From NCBI GenBank assembly GCA_024679065.1, contig JAGIQG010000009.1, positions 81,158,001 through 81,222,000 on the forward strand: a stretch of 64,000 nt of DNA, given 5' to 3'. The translations under genes and the position numbers were made by a program. This document shows positions 1-11,110 of the stretch, piece by piece. The first letter of the stretch is position 1. Every line of letters starts with the position of its first letter. The stretch is from Sphyrna mokarran (lineage: Eukaryota). The notes under the pieces are model-generated. The model was not told the origin of the DNA, did no database searches, and worked only from the letters and a program-made list of their open reading frames with translations.

Positions 1-236
1 GTCAGACTGCTTACTTTGTCATTGATTGACAGTCCAAGCAACCAATCAGGACAATCACTTGGTGAAATGCAGCCAATCAGCTGATGGGGAGGTGGGACAT
101 TTCCAAAGCACTCACCAGACATATACTGAATATTCTTAATGTTTATTACCTTTTACACATTGACATTGACAGAAAAAAGACTTGAATAAACAGCCCAGCC
201 AGAGGAAGCTGGAGAAATTCACAGGGAAAATGGAGG

Positions 237-242
237 TTTATT
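237..242 (-). terminator. Poly(A) signal AATAAA of cluster 1 light-chain transcript (second candidate at 142-147)
   Basis: TTTATT on + strand ~380 nt past the stop codon; conserved in the other units at 30139-30144 and 60145-60150. Confidence 0.7.
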
Positions 243-621
243 AAAACACTTGTGGAGATTTTCTCAATAGCATGAGATTCCTGTCCTTTTAAACAGTAAC
301 TAAAGCTTCAATTGTAACTGCAGGGTGAGCAGGAAGGAGGTCTGGTTCACTGAAGCAGATACTTCAGAGGGTCACATTATATTTGTACAGCTGACGGTCT
401 TCAGCACTCCCAATAAAGGAGCAGCACGGGGTTAATAGAGAGTAAAGCTCCCTCTACAATATCCCAACAATGTTCTTTAACCCCTGACCCTCAGAAGTGT
501 TTCAGACCCAGTCACAGGAAGGAAAAGAATTGTAATTCAATGCTGACAGTGATCTTTACCCTTCCAGCTCACCTCTGTTCTATTACAAGTTGTGTCTCCT
601 CTGTGGACTGTTTCTAACAAT

Positions 622-950
622 CTAGGCACATTCTGAACTCCTGACACTCTTGCTGAGGGGAGAGGAGAGGCTCACGTGGGTGAGGGCACAAGAGAAGCGA
701 GCGTTGGACTCCCAGTCGGAGCCAGAGAGGGTCAGCAGGCTGCTGACGCTGTAGGTGTTGTCTGAAGCTCGCAGGTAGTTGCTGGTCTGAATCCCGTTGG
801 AAATGGCTGCACCGTCCTTCTTCCACTTCACCTCCACCTCATCGGGATAGAAGTGATCGGCAAGGCACACCAGGGTGGCAGTGCCCTTGGTCTTGACCTC
901 CTCCGGGGAGGGGGGCAGCAGGGTCAGCGTGGGTTGTGAATTCTCACGGG
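622..950 (-). CDS. IGKC: Ig light chain constant exon, kappa/NS4 type, cluster 1
   Basis: Polypyrimidine tract and ttccag acceptor at 951, phase 1. Reads (T)RENSQPTLTLLPPSPEEVKTKGTATLVCLADHFYPDEVEVKWKKDG...YSVSSLLTL...W...FSCALTH...SSECA*. C1-set Cys/Trp/Cys and a penultimate interchain Cys are present. Confidence 0.96.
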
Positions 951-2769
951 CTGGAACAGAAGAGAAGGAATTTTAATCACTGCCATTTTCAGCCTTTCAA
1001 CATCCCGAATATTAACTGGGATCAAATCAGTGTCAATGATTTGATGTTGCAGAATTCTGAAAATCCATTCGAGGGGAATGTTTTTAACCAGTCCAGAACA
1101 ATCCCAACAAGAGAAGGGTCAGTTTTAGCAGTTTTACAGAATGAAACTCAGCATGTGGAAGGTGTATCAGTGAGAGAGCATTTGGGTAATAATGATCATA
1201 ATAGATTTAGAGTAGCTCCGGAAAGGGGGAAAGATCGATCAAGAGTAAACTTTTTAAATGGGAAAAGGCCAATTTCTCTAAACTGGAATTTGCCAAAATG
1301 GAAAGGAAACAGTGACTTGAAGGTAAATCAGTGTCAGAGCAGTGGGAGGATATTCGAGCTGGAGATAGAGTCCAGGACATATATGTTCATCAAGCAATAG
1401 TGTGGGACATTGCAAAGAGAATAACTAAGGATTAAATAGGGCTGATTAGAGAGCAAAAAGGTAACTTGTGTGTGGAAGGACAAAGTTTACATTGTGGTTC
1501 AGGAGAGGAGGGATTGTGAAAGAATTAATGGGATAATGATAGTGAGCGAGGAGATATTAATGTGTTTATCACCATTTAAAATGGAGAAATTCCCAGGGCC
1601 GGGTGAAATATATCCCAGGATGTGAAGGGAAGAACAGGAAGAAATAACAGAGACTCTGACCATTATTTTCCAATCCTCTCTGTGTACAGGTGTGGTATGG
1701 GTGGACTGGAGGATGGAGCACACTTTTTCAAACTAAAAGCTGATGGATTCCGAGGGAAAGTGGCACATTCGAATTCAAATTACTTCCGTGTCTGAGGGTA
1801 AAGGTTTTGATTTGAAGCTGGTTAAATCATTTTGCAATCTTACCGAAACTGTAAACAAGATTAGTACAAATTCAGCACTGAAATGGTTAATACTGAGAGT
1901 ATTTAAAGACACGGTGTCCCTTTAAGAGACTGTTAACCAATCAGGAAGCTGGAACTATTGCTCAGTCTGTCTGGGGGAAACAGGTTGAGCATCAACAAAC
2001 CTCAGATCACACACAGATCAGGAGAACTTTATCCCAGAACATTGGAGCAGACTTAGATCAACACACTTCACACAGGATTCCCATTGGCTGGTGTAGAAGC
2101 TTCTAGATTTCATTTCAAACCTGACTGCCCAGGACGGGGCTGAGGTCAAGGGTGAGGCTACAATTAGTCTCAGTGTCCAGGGGTCAGACAGGGTCACTGC
2201 TCCGAATGACCCCATGAACTCTGCAGGATGTGAGTATGTGGATAATGGGTGAGGATCAGGATCAGGAATCTTCAACCTCACAGACAGAATTACATTTCTA
2301 TAGCACCTGTCACCACCTCAGAATGTCCCAATGTGTTTTACAGCTCATTGGGCACAGCAAGATCCCAGGGAGCAGAGTGAGAAAGAACAGATAAGCAGAC
2401 TTGAGGCGATATTGTCTGAGGGATGAATATTGACCAGTTCACCGGGGTGAACTCCCCTGCTCTTCTTCCAATAGCACCATGGGATCTTTTACACCCCCTG
2501 AGAGGGCAGATATCAGATTGTCTCATCTGAAAGACGGGAGGCCTGTAGTTTAGAGGGGGGATATGACAGGTACTGGTCCTTTCCCCATGAAGATTTTGGA
2601 AATGGATGGGGAAAGTGGGAGGTGAACGAGAGAAACATCTTTCTTGCTACTGAAACTCTTGCTATCTGCTCAGTCACATCCAATAAACACACAGACACAT
2701 CAGACAAACATCAGTCTGTTTCTGTGGATTCTCTGCTGCTTTCAGTTCAATGAAGAGTGCAGGAGGACA

Positions 2770-3595
2770 TGCCAGGAGTAACAACAGACAGACTGAAAAA
2801 TGAGGTGTCAACCTGGTGAAGCTACAACACAGAGACTGTGTGCCAAACAGCAGAAGCAGCAAGTGATAGACAGAGTTAAACCATCCCACAACCAGTGGAT
2901 CAGATCTAAGCTCTGCAGTCCTGCCACATCCAGCCGTGAATGGTGGTGGACAATTAAACAACTCACTGGGGGAGGAGGCACCACAAATATTCCCATCCTC
3001 AATGATGGAGGAACCCAGTACATCAGTACAAAAGATAAGGCTGAAGCATTTGCAGGAATCTTCAGCCAGAAGTTCCGAGTGGATAATCCATCTCGACCTT
3101 CCCCGGAGATCCTCAAGACTTGTGCTCCAGAACTTCCCGTGTCCCTAACCAAGCTGTTCCTGTACATCTGCAACACTGGCATTAACACAACATTGTGATA
3201 AATTATCCGGTTATGAACTGTGCACAAAAAACAGAAAAAATCCAATCTACACAATAACCACCCCATCAGTCTACCCTCGATCATCAGCAATGTGATCTGA
3301 ACATATCCAGAGCGATACCAAGCAGCACTTACTCAGCAATAATCTGCTCACTGACACTCAGTTTGTGTTCCACCAGGGTCACTCAGCTCCTGATCTCATT
3401 ACAGTCTTGGTTCAAACATGGACTAAAGAGCTGAACACCAGAGGTGAGGTGAGAGAGACTGTCCTTAACATCAAGGCAGCATTTCAGCAAGTGTGGCATC
3501 AAGGAGCCCTCACAAAACTGGAGCCAATGGGAATCAGGGGAAAACTCTCCACTGGTTGGAGTTGTACCCAGCACAAAGGAAGATGGTTGTTGTTT
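2770..3595 (+). mobile_element. Degenerate non-LTR retrotransposon fragments in J-C intron (also ~32740-33570 and ~62675-63500)
   Basis: Broken RT-type peptides (IRSKLCSPATSSREWWWTIK; FHQGHSAPDLITVLVQTW...AFQQVWHQG). Confidence 0.75.
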
Positions 3596-4617
3596 GGGGT
3601 TTAACTCTACAATCTATATTAATGAGCTGGATGAAGGGAATGAGAGGAATGTGACTAAACTTGCTGATGATAAAATGAAAAATAGAAATGCATGTTGTGA
3701 GGAGGATACAGAGTCTGAAAAGGGATAGAGATAGGTTCAGTGAGTGGGGAAACATCGACAGATGGAGAATAATGTGGGAAAATGTCAGGTTGTCTACATT
3801 GGCAGGAAAATAGAGCAGAATACTTGTAAACTGGAGAAATTCTATCGAGTGATCTGGGGTCTTTGCATCCAGGAACAGCGAAAAATTCAGACGACAAATG
3901 GAATGTTGCTCTTCATTCCAATGAGGATGAGTATAAAAGGAGGGATGTTTTGCTACTGCACATTGGGAAAATCACACTGAGAATATTGTGGACACTTAGG
4001 GTCTCCTTACTGAAGGAAAGATATAGTAGAATTGGAAAGAGTTCAGAGATGGTTCACTGGGCTGATTCCACCGAGTAAGGGATTGTCTTATGAGGAAAGC
4101 TTGAGCAGGTTGGGCCGATACTCATTGAAGTAGAACTTATTCCATCACCTCAGCACCATCTTCACCAGGGCAATTAGGGATGGGTGATAAATACTAGTCT
4201 GCAGAGAATCACAGGAAATAGGATCAGGAATAGGCCATTTGGCCCTTTGAGTCTGTTCCACTATTCATCATGGTCATGGCTGATCATCCAATCAGTAGTC
4301 AGATCCTCCCTTCCTCAACAAATCCTTTCATCCTATTCACCTCAAGAGATAAATCTAACTCCTTCTTGAAAATGTACAATATTGTTGCTTTAAATGCTTT
4401 CTGTGATAGTGAATTCCACAGGTTTACCTCTCACCGGGTGAAGGGATTTCTCCTCATCTCAGTCCTAAAAGGGTTTACCCCATATTCTCAGACTATAATA
4501 CCTCAAACTGAATGCTTCCAGCATTGGGAACATGCTTCCTATATCTATCCTGACTAGTCCTGTTGGAATTTTATAGGTTTTTATGTGATCTCCTCTCATT
4601 CTTCTGAATTGCAGTGT

Positions 4618-4920
4618 GGGCAGCACGGTGACACAGTGGTTAGCACTGCTGCCTCACAGTGCCAGGGACCCAGGTTCAATTACCGGGTTGGTCATTATCT
4701 GGGTAGAGTTTGCACATTCTCCCCATATCTGCATGGGTTTCCTCCAGGTTGTCTGGTTTCCTCCCACAGTCCAAAAGGTGTGCAGCTTTGTTTAATTGTC
4801 CAAGCTAAATTCTCCCTCAGTATACTTGAAGAGGTGCCAGAAAGTGGCCATGTTAGGATTTTCACAGTGACTTCATTGCAGTGTGAATGTAAGGCTACTT
4901 GTAACTAATAAATAAACTTC
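4618..4920 (+). mobile_element. tRNA-derived SINE (HE1/V-SINE-like); orthologous copy ~37501-37790
   Basis: tRNA-like head ggcagcacggtgacacagtggttagcactgctgcctcac with B-box-like ggttcaat, central gagtttgcacattctcccc core, and A-rich tail. Confidence 0.8.
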
Positions 4921-5585
4921 TAAAAAAAAAATCTTAACCAACGCAATCTCTCCTCCTACATTAATTCCACTATCATGGAATTTGTTCTGGTAATCTTTTC
5001 CTGCACTCTTTCTGTCACAAAAAACATCCTTCCTCAGAAAAGGAGATAAAACTGTACACATTATTCCCAGTGTGATCTCACCAAGGCTCTGTATAACTGC
5101 AGAAAGACAGAATTACAAGGGACATGGATAGGGTAGATATGAGGAAACTTTTCCCCTTAATCACAGAGGCAGCAGATTCTGAGGGAATTGAGGGAAATCT
5201 TTTCACCCAGAGGGTGCTGAGAATCTGGAACTCACTGCCTGAAAGGATGGTGGAGGTGGGAACCTTCACAACATCTAAGAAGCATTTAGATGAGCACTTG
5301 AAATTCCAAAGCAAACAAAGCAACGGGCCAAATGCTGGAAAATGGGATTAGAATAGATAGATGCTTAATGGCCGGCACAGACATAGACAATAGAATCTCC
5401 AAAGTGCAGATGGAGACCATTCGGCCCATCGAGTCTGCATCAACCGTAACCCCATAAACCCCATGTATTTACCTCACTATTCCCCCTAACCTGTTCGAAT
5501 TTTATAAGTCTCCATGAGTTTCTTCCTCATTCCTCTGAACTCCAGTGAATATAAGTCTTAACCAACTCAATCTCTCCTCATACAT

Positions 5586-8500
5586 AAGAACGTAAGAAAC
5601 ATAAGAAATAGGAGCAGGAGCAGGCCATCCAGCCCCTCGAGCCTGCCCCGTCATTCAATAAAATCATGGCTGATCTGTAGTGATTCAGTACCACTTTACT
5701 GCTTTTCCCCTGTAACCCTTAATTCCTCTGTCAATCAAAAACCTATCCACTCTTGACTTGAACATATTCAGTGAGGAAGCCTCCAAAACCTCATCAGGCA
5801 GAGAATTCCAAAGATTCATAGAACATAGAACATAGAACATAGAACATTACAGCACAGGACAGGCCCTTCGGCCCTCGATGTTGTGCCGACCAAAATAAAA
5901 AGCAATGCCCCTCCAAACTAAACCATTCCCTTCTCTTCCATATACTTATCAACTAACCTCTTAAACGCCACCAAACTTGGCGCATCTACAACTGCTGCAG
6001 GCAGGGCATTCCACTCCCGAACCACCCTTTGGGTAAAGAACCTACCTCTGATATCCGTCCTATAACTACCACCCCTTAATTTAAAGCTGTTTCCCCTCGT
6101 GCTAGCTTTCCCCATCCTAGGAAAAAGGCTATCACTGTCCACCCTATCTAAACCTCTAATCATCTTATATGCTTCAATAAGATCCCCTCTTAGCCGCCTC
6201 CTTTCTAACGAAAACAACCTCAAATCCTTCAGCCTCTCTTCATAGGACCTGCCCTCCATACCAGGCAACATCCTGGTAAACCTCCTCTGTACCCTCTCCA
6301 ATGCCTCCACATCTTTCTTATAATGTGGGGACCAGAACTGCACACAATACTCCAAGTGCGGCCGCACTAGAGTTTTGTACAGTTGCAACATGACGTTGCG
6401 GCTCCGAAATTCAATCCCCCTACCAATAAAAGCTAAGACTCCATATGCCTTCTTAACAACCTTATCGACTTGACTGCCTACTTTCAGGGATCTATGCACA
6501 AATACACCAAGATCCCTCTGTTCATCAACACTATTAAGAATCCTACCATTAGCCCTATACTCTACACATTTATTATTCCTGCCAAAGTGCATTACCTCAC
6601 ACTTTTCCACATTAAACTCCATTTGCCACCTCTCAGCCCAGCTCTGCAACTTGTCCAAGTCTCTCTGCAAACTATAACACCCCTCTTCACTATCTACCAC
6701 TCCACCGACTTTAGTGTCATCTGCAAATTTACTAATCCATCCTTCAATACCCTCATCCAGATCATTTATAAAAATTACAAACAGCAGGGGCCCCAAAACA
6801 GACCCCTGAGGTACACCACTTGTCACCGAACTCCACGATGAATATCTCCCATCAACCACCACCCTCTGTCTTCTATCTGCTAGCCAATTCCTAATCCAAT
6901 TAGCTAAATCACCCTCTATCCCATACATCTGCATTTTCTGCAGAAGTCTTCCATGGGCCACCTTATCAAACGCCTTACTAAAGTCCATATATACCACATC
7001 AACCGCCTTACCCCCATCCACCTCTTTGGTCACTTTTTCAAAAAACTCAATGAGGTTAGTAAGGCACGACCTACCCTTCACAAAACCATGCTGACTATCC
7101 CCAATCAATTCATTCCTCTCTAAATAACTATAAATCCTATCCCTAATTATTCTCTCCAATACTTTGCCCACCACAGAAGTAAGACTCACTGGCCTATAAT
7201 TCCCTGGAAGGTCTCTCTTCCCCTTCTTGAACAATGGGACCACATTCGCTATCCTCCAGTCCTCCGGAACCACACCCGTAACCAACGACGACCTGAAGAT
7301 CAGAGCCAGAGGCTCTGCAATCTCCTCTCTTGCCTCCCAGAGAATCCTAGGGTAAATCCCGTCCGGCCCAGGGGACTTATCCAACTTCAAACCCTCGAGA
7401 ATTTCTAGCACATCCTCCCTATCTACTACAATACTTCCCAATTTGCAACCCTGTACCTCAGTGCTCTCCATAACTACATTTACATCACCCTGCGTGAATA
7501 CCGAAGAGAAATATTTATTCAGTGCCTCTCCAATCTCTTCAGGCTCCACGTACAACTTCCCACTGCTGTCTATGACTGGCCCTAATCTTGCCCTAACCAA
7601 TCTTCTATTCTTAACATATCGAAAGAAAGCTTTAGGATTCTCCTTAATCCTATCAGCCAACATCTTCTCGTGTCCCCTCTTAGCTCTCCTCAATTCACTT
7701 TTTAGCTCCTTCCTGGCTAATCTATAGCTATCCATTGCACTAACTGAGCCTTCAAGCCTCATCCTGACATAAGCCTCCTTTTTCTTTTTAACCAGCAAAT
7801 CAACTTTTTTCGTACACGAAGGTTCTCTTACTCGACCATTTCCTCCTTGCCTGACAGGGACATACTTATCAAGGACTCGCAGCAGCTGCTCCTTGAATAA
7901 GCTCCACATTTCAGATGTTCCCAGTCCCTGTAGTTTCCTAGTCCAATCTATGCACCAACCTTTGTGTGAAGAAACTCCTCTGCAACTCTGATCTGAACCA
8001 CTCCCCACACCGCCCTAATCTTGGCGCTGTGCCCTCTACTCCTGCTATCTTTGCTAAGCAAGAAGAGTCTCTCAACCTCTACCCTATCCATCCCCTTCAT
8101 TATCTTATATGTCTCTATAAGATCCCCTCTCAGCCTTCTAAACTCCAAAGAGTACAAACCAAGCCTATTCAGTCTCTCCTCATATTCCAACGCTCTCATC
8201 TCCGGTATCAGCCTAATAAACCTTCTCTGCATCCCCTCCAAGGCCAATATATCCCTCCTCGAATGTGGCGACCACAACTGCACACAGTACTCCAGCTGCA
8301 GCCTCACCAGTGCCCTATACAGCTGCAACAGAATCTCCCTACTTTTATATTCTATCCCCTTGGCTATAAAGGCCAACATTGCATTTGCCTTCTTAATCAC
8401 CTGCTGCACCTGTATACTGTGTTTTTGCGATTCGTGCACAAGGACCCCCCCCGGTACCTCTGCATCATCGCATGCTGCAGCTTTTTGTCATTCAAATAAT

Positions 8501-8837
8501 AATCTTTCCTACCATTATTTTTACCAAAGTGGATAACCTCACACTTGCTAATATTATACTCCATCTGCCAGCTCCTCGCCCACTCACTCAACCTATCCCG
8601 ATCTCTCTGCAGGCTTTCCACATCCTCTACACAATTTGCTTCTCCACTCATCGTGTCATCAGCAAATTTCGTCACCCTGCACCCAAAACCTTCCTCCAGA
8701 TCATCTATGTAAATGGTAAATAGTTGAGGCCCCAGCACCGAATCCTGTGGCATTCCACTAGTCACCAGCTGCCAATCAGAATAACATCCATTAATCTCTA
8801 CAATAGCACCCATTAATACCTACATTAATACTCATTA
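5586..8837 (-). mobile_element. 5'-truncated CR1 LINE, cluster-1-specific, split by a nested younger CR1
   Basis: RT fragments (GMPQDSVLGP, KFADD, LEYCVQ) at 7957-8813 and 3' end at 5586-5818. ATACAT duplicated at 5580-5585 and 8838-8843; empty site in cluster 2 at ~38440. Confidence 0.85.
5819..7956 (-). mobile_element. Young 5'-truncated CR1 LINE with uninterrupted RT-containing ORF2 portion
   Basis: ORF 5918-~7950 with KSPGPDG, NYRPVSL, QHGF, DFSKAFD, GVPQGSVLGP and FADD motifs; (TATGTTC)n 3' tail. Confidence 0.95.
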
Positions 8838-10748
8838 ATACATCAGTCCCATTATAACAGGAATCTATTTGGCATACATTCTCTGCACTTCCTCTGGAAC
8901 AAAAATATCCTTCCTGAGATAGGGAGACCAAAACTGTGCACAATATTCCCAGTGCTGTCTCACCAAAGCCCTGTATAACTGCAGCAGATCAGAATTATGA
9001 AGACATAGAACAGATACGAAGGAACTTTTCCCCTTTTAGCAGTAGATTCAAAAACCAGGGAGCATAAATTTAATTTCAGAAGCAGAAGATTTTGAGGGAT
9101 TGAAGGAAAAACCTTTTCGCTCAGAGGGTGTTGGGAATCTGGAACTCACTGCCTGAAAGTGTGGTGGAGGCAGGAACCCTCACAACACTTAAGAAGCATT
9201 TAGATGAGCATTTGAATTTGCAAAGCATACAAGGCTACGGATCAAGCGTTTAGAATAGTTAGGAATAGAATAGTTCGGAGCTTGATGGCTGTCAGAGACA
9301 GGATGGGCTGAAGGGCCTCTTTCTGGGCTGTAAATGTCTATGACACTCTGACTGAGCCAAGATGGCCGAGAATGTAAAGTGACCAACTTCTGGAAAATTC
9401 CAATGTGGATTATATTTGACAGACCAGACTCGAGAGAAGATGGAAAATCTCACCTGAAAGGTGTCAGGGGCTTCTTCAAACAGAAAATAGAAATGCAGAT
9501 AGAAAAAATGCCAAAGACTAAATTTTATTCTCCTGTTGTTACGAGACAATGGAGTCTGATTGTCACATCTCAGCAGACATCCAAAACCCATCTCCTGTTG
9601 AGTTATATCCCAGAATGTGGAAATGGTCTGAGTTCAAAGTAAACTGACTCTGGGGTGAAGGACATGTTTATTATATTTCAGGAAACAACAGGGAAATGGG
9701 TTAAAAATCCAACTGTATACCTGAGCTGTGTGTACTGGTGCTGGGGTGACAGAATGTGAGTTGAGACATTTTTCGGGTTCTCCAGTTTCCTCTCACAATC
9801 CAAAGATCTGCAGGTTCGATGGATTGGCCATGCTAAATTATTCCCAGTGTGTTTCCTCATATCTACCCTATCTCTGTCTCTCGTAATTCTGTCGATGGAC
9901 TGAATATCCTCCTCCTGCACTGTAGGGATTCAATGGCTAATAAAAAACTACACGGACTGTGTAAAGTTTCCACGGGTGAAGGGATCCATTTTAAATGAAC
10001 CCTGTTGTGACCAATCGAGGGCGGGATTCCAGCTGATTATTCCTCACCCAGAGGAAAACAAAATTGGGATCCAGTTCAGGAAGTTAACAAATGAGGGATC
10101 CTGTCTGAGGACTGGTCACAACATGTACACAGCAAGATCCCACACACAGCAATGAGAACAATCAGCATTTCCAGTGATGTTGGATCCGGGATAAATGTCG
10201 GATTGAACTCATCCCAAAGAGAAAGTAACAAAAGCCTGGAACACTGAAGCCACTGGATTGTGAGCCCTGCTGTGGCTGTTTGTCATCAGAACTTCAGCAA
10301 GAGATAAGCAGGGAGTGGAGAGAGCAGAGTGAAAGCTGGGGCAGGTGGCACCTCGGTGTCTCACTGTGCTGCTGCTGTGATCAGTGATATCAGAGAGTGA
10401 GACAGAGAGTTCAACTTCACATCAAACTCTGCCTGTGTGTGTCACACTGAGACCATCAGGAGTCTAGAGAGTGATTTCACTCCATGCTGCAGGAATGTGA
10501 ACACAGTCTGTCAACGTCCAGATCTCCTCCACACGGTGGGTAAAAGCTGCTTACTGAAATCTTGCTGCTTAAAGGGGGGGAATGGAAGGAAAGAAATACA
10601 GCTGGACTCCCTGTTCTACATAATGTTCTTCAATCAGACATTTCATTGACTGTAACTTCCTCACTAACACCTTCAACTATTCAGTATTTGTGTTTGAGAA
10701 AGTTTCAGCATTGAAAGGGTTAATAACGGAGGATTGGGCTTTACTTAC

Positions 10749-10783
10749 TCAGTCTGAGTTTGGTTCCTTTACCGAACGTAAGA
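10749..10783 (-). CDS. IGKJ: Ig light chain J segment, cluster 1 (LTFGKGTKLRL)
   Basis: FGxG motif; A|gtaagt phase-1 donor at 10749 matches the C exon phase; directly flanked by a 23-RSS. Confidence 0.96.
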
Positions 10784-10822
10784 CACACTGACAGCTTCCA
10801 GTGCAGGAGCTGTACGAAAACC
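10784..10822 (+). other. 23-bp-spacer recombination signal sequence of J, cluster 1
   Basis: CACACTG (10784-10790) + 23 bp + ACGAAAACC (10814-10822); one mismatch each to CACAGTG and ACAAAAACC. Confidence 0.93.
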
Positions 10823-11110
10823 TCTGTCTCTGACTCACTCACTCACTCATCTCTTTTTCACTTACTCTTTCTCTGTCACACTTTCTTTCTCACTCTTTCT
10901 CTCTCTCTGTTCTCTCGATGTATCTGTGTTTTACTGAGAGAGTTGAAAATTTTAATTTGAGATGAAAATCTTTCAGCTGCTCTTCATATGTGAACATGGA
11001 GAATAAGAGGGAAACTCAAGGCCTTCAGTGAGCGGTGGACACCACAGGGACTGGAGTGTGTAGTGGACAGTGCAAATAATTTGTTCAGTTTCCTTTCTTG
11101 TGTTTCTTAG

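Noticed and set aside
936-1400. 154-aa + strand ORF recurring in all three units
   Set aside because: Antisense within the J-C intron, no recognisable domain, truncated in unit 2; recurrence is explained by segmental duplication.
4618-4690. tRNA gene or intronic RSS heptamers
   Set aside because: This is the tRNA-derived head of a SINE; CACAGTG is part of the SINE head sequence.
5918-8008. 696-aa reverse transcriptase as a host gene or diversity-generating system tied to Ig
   Set aside because: Ordinary 5'-truncated CR1 ORF2 with a LINE tail; the first residues come from the flanking element, and it is not shared positionally between clusters.
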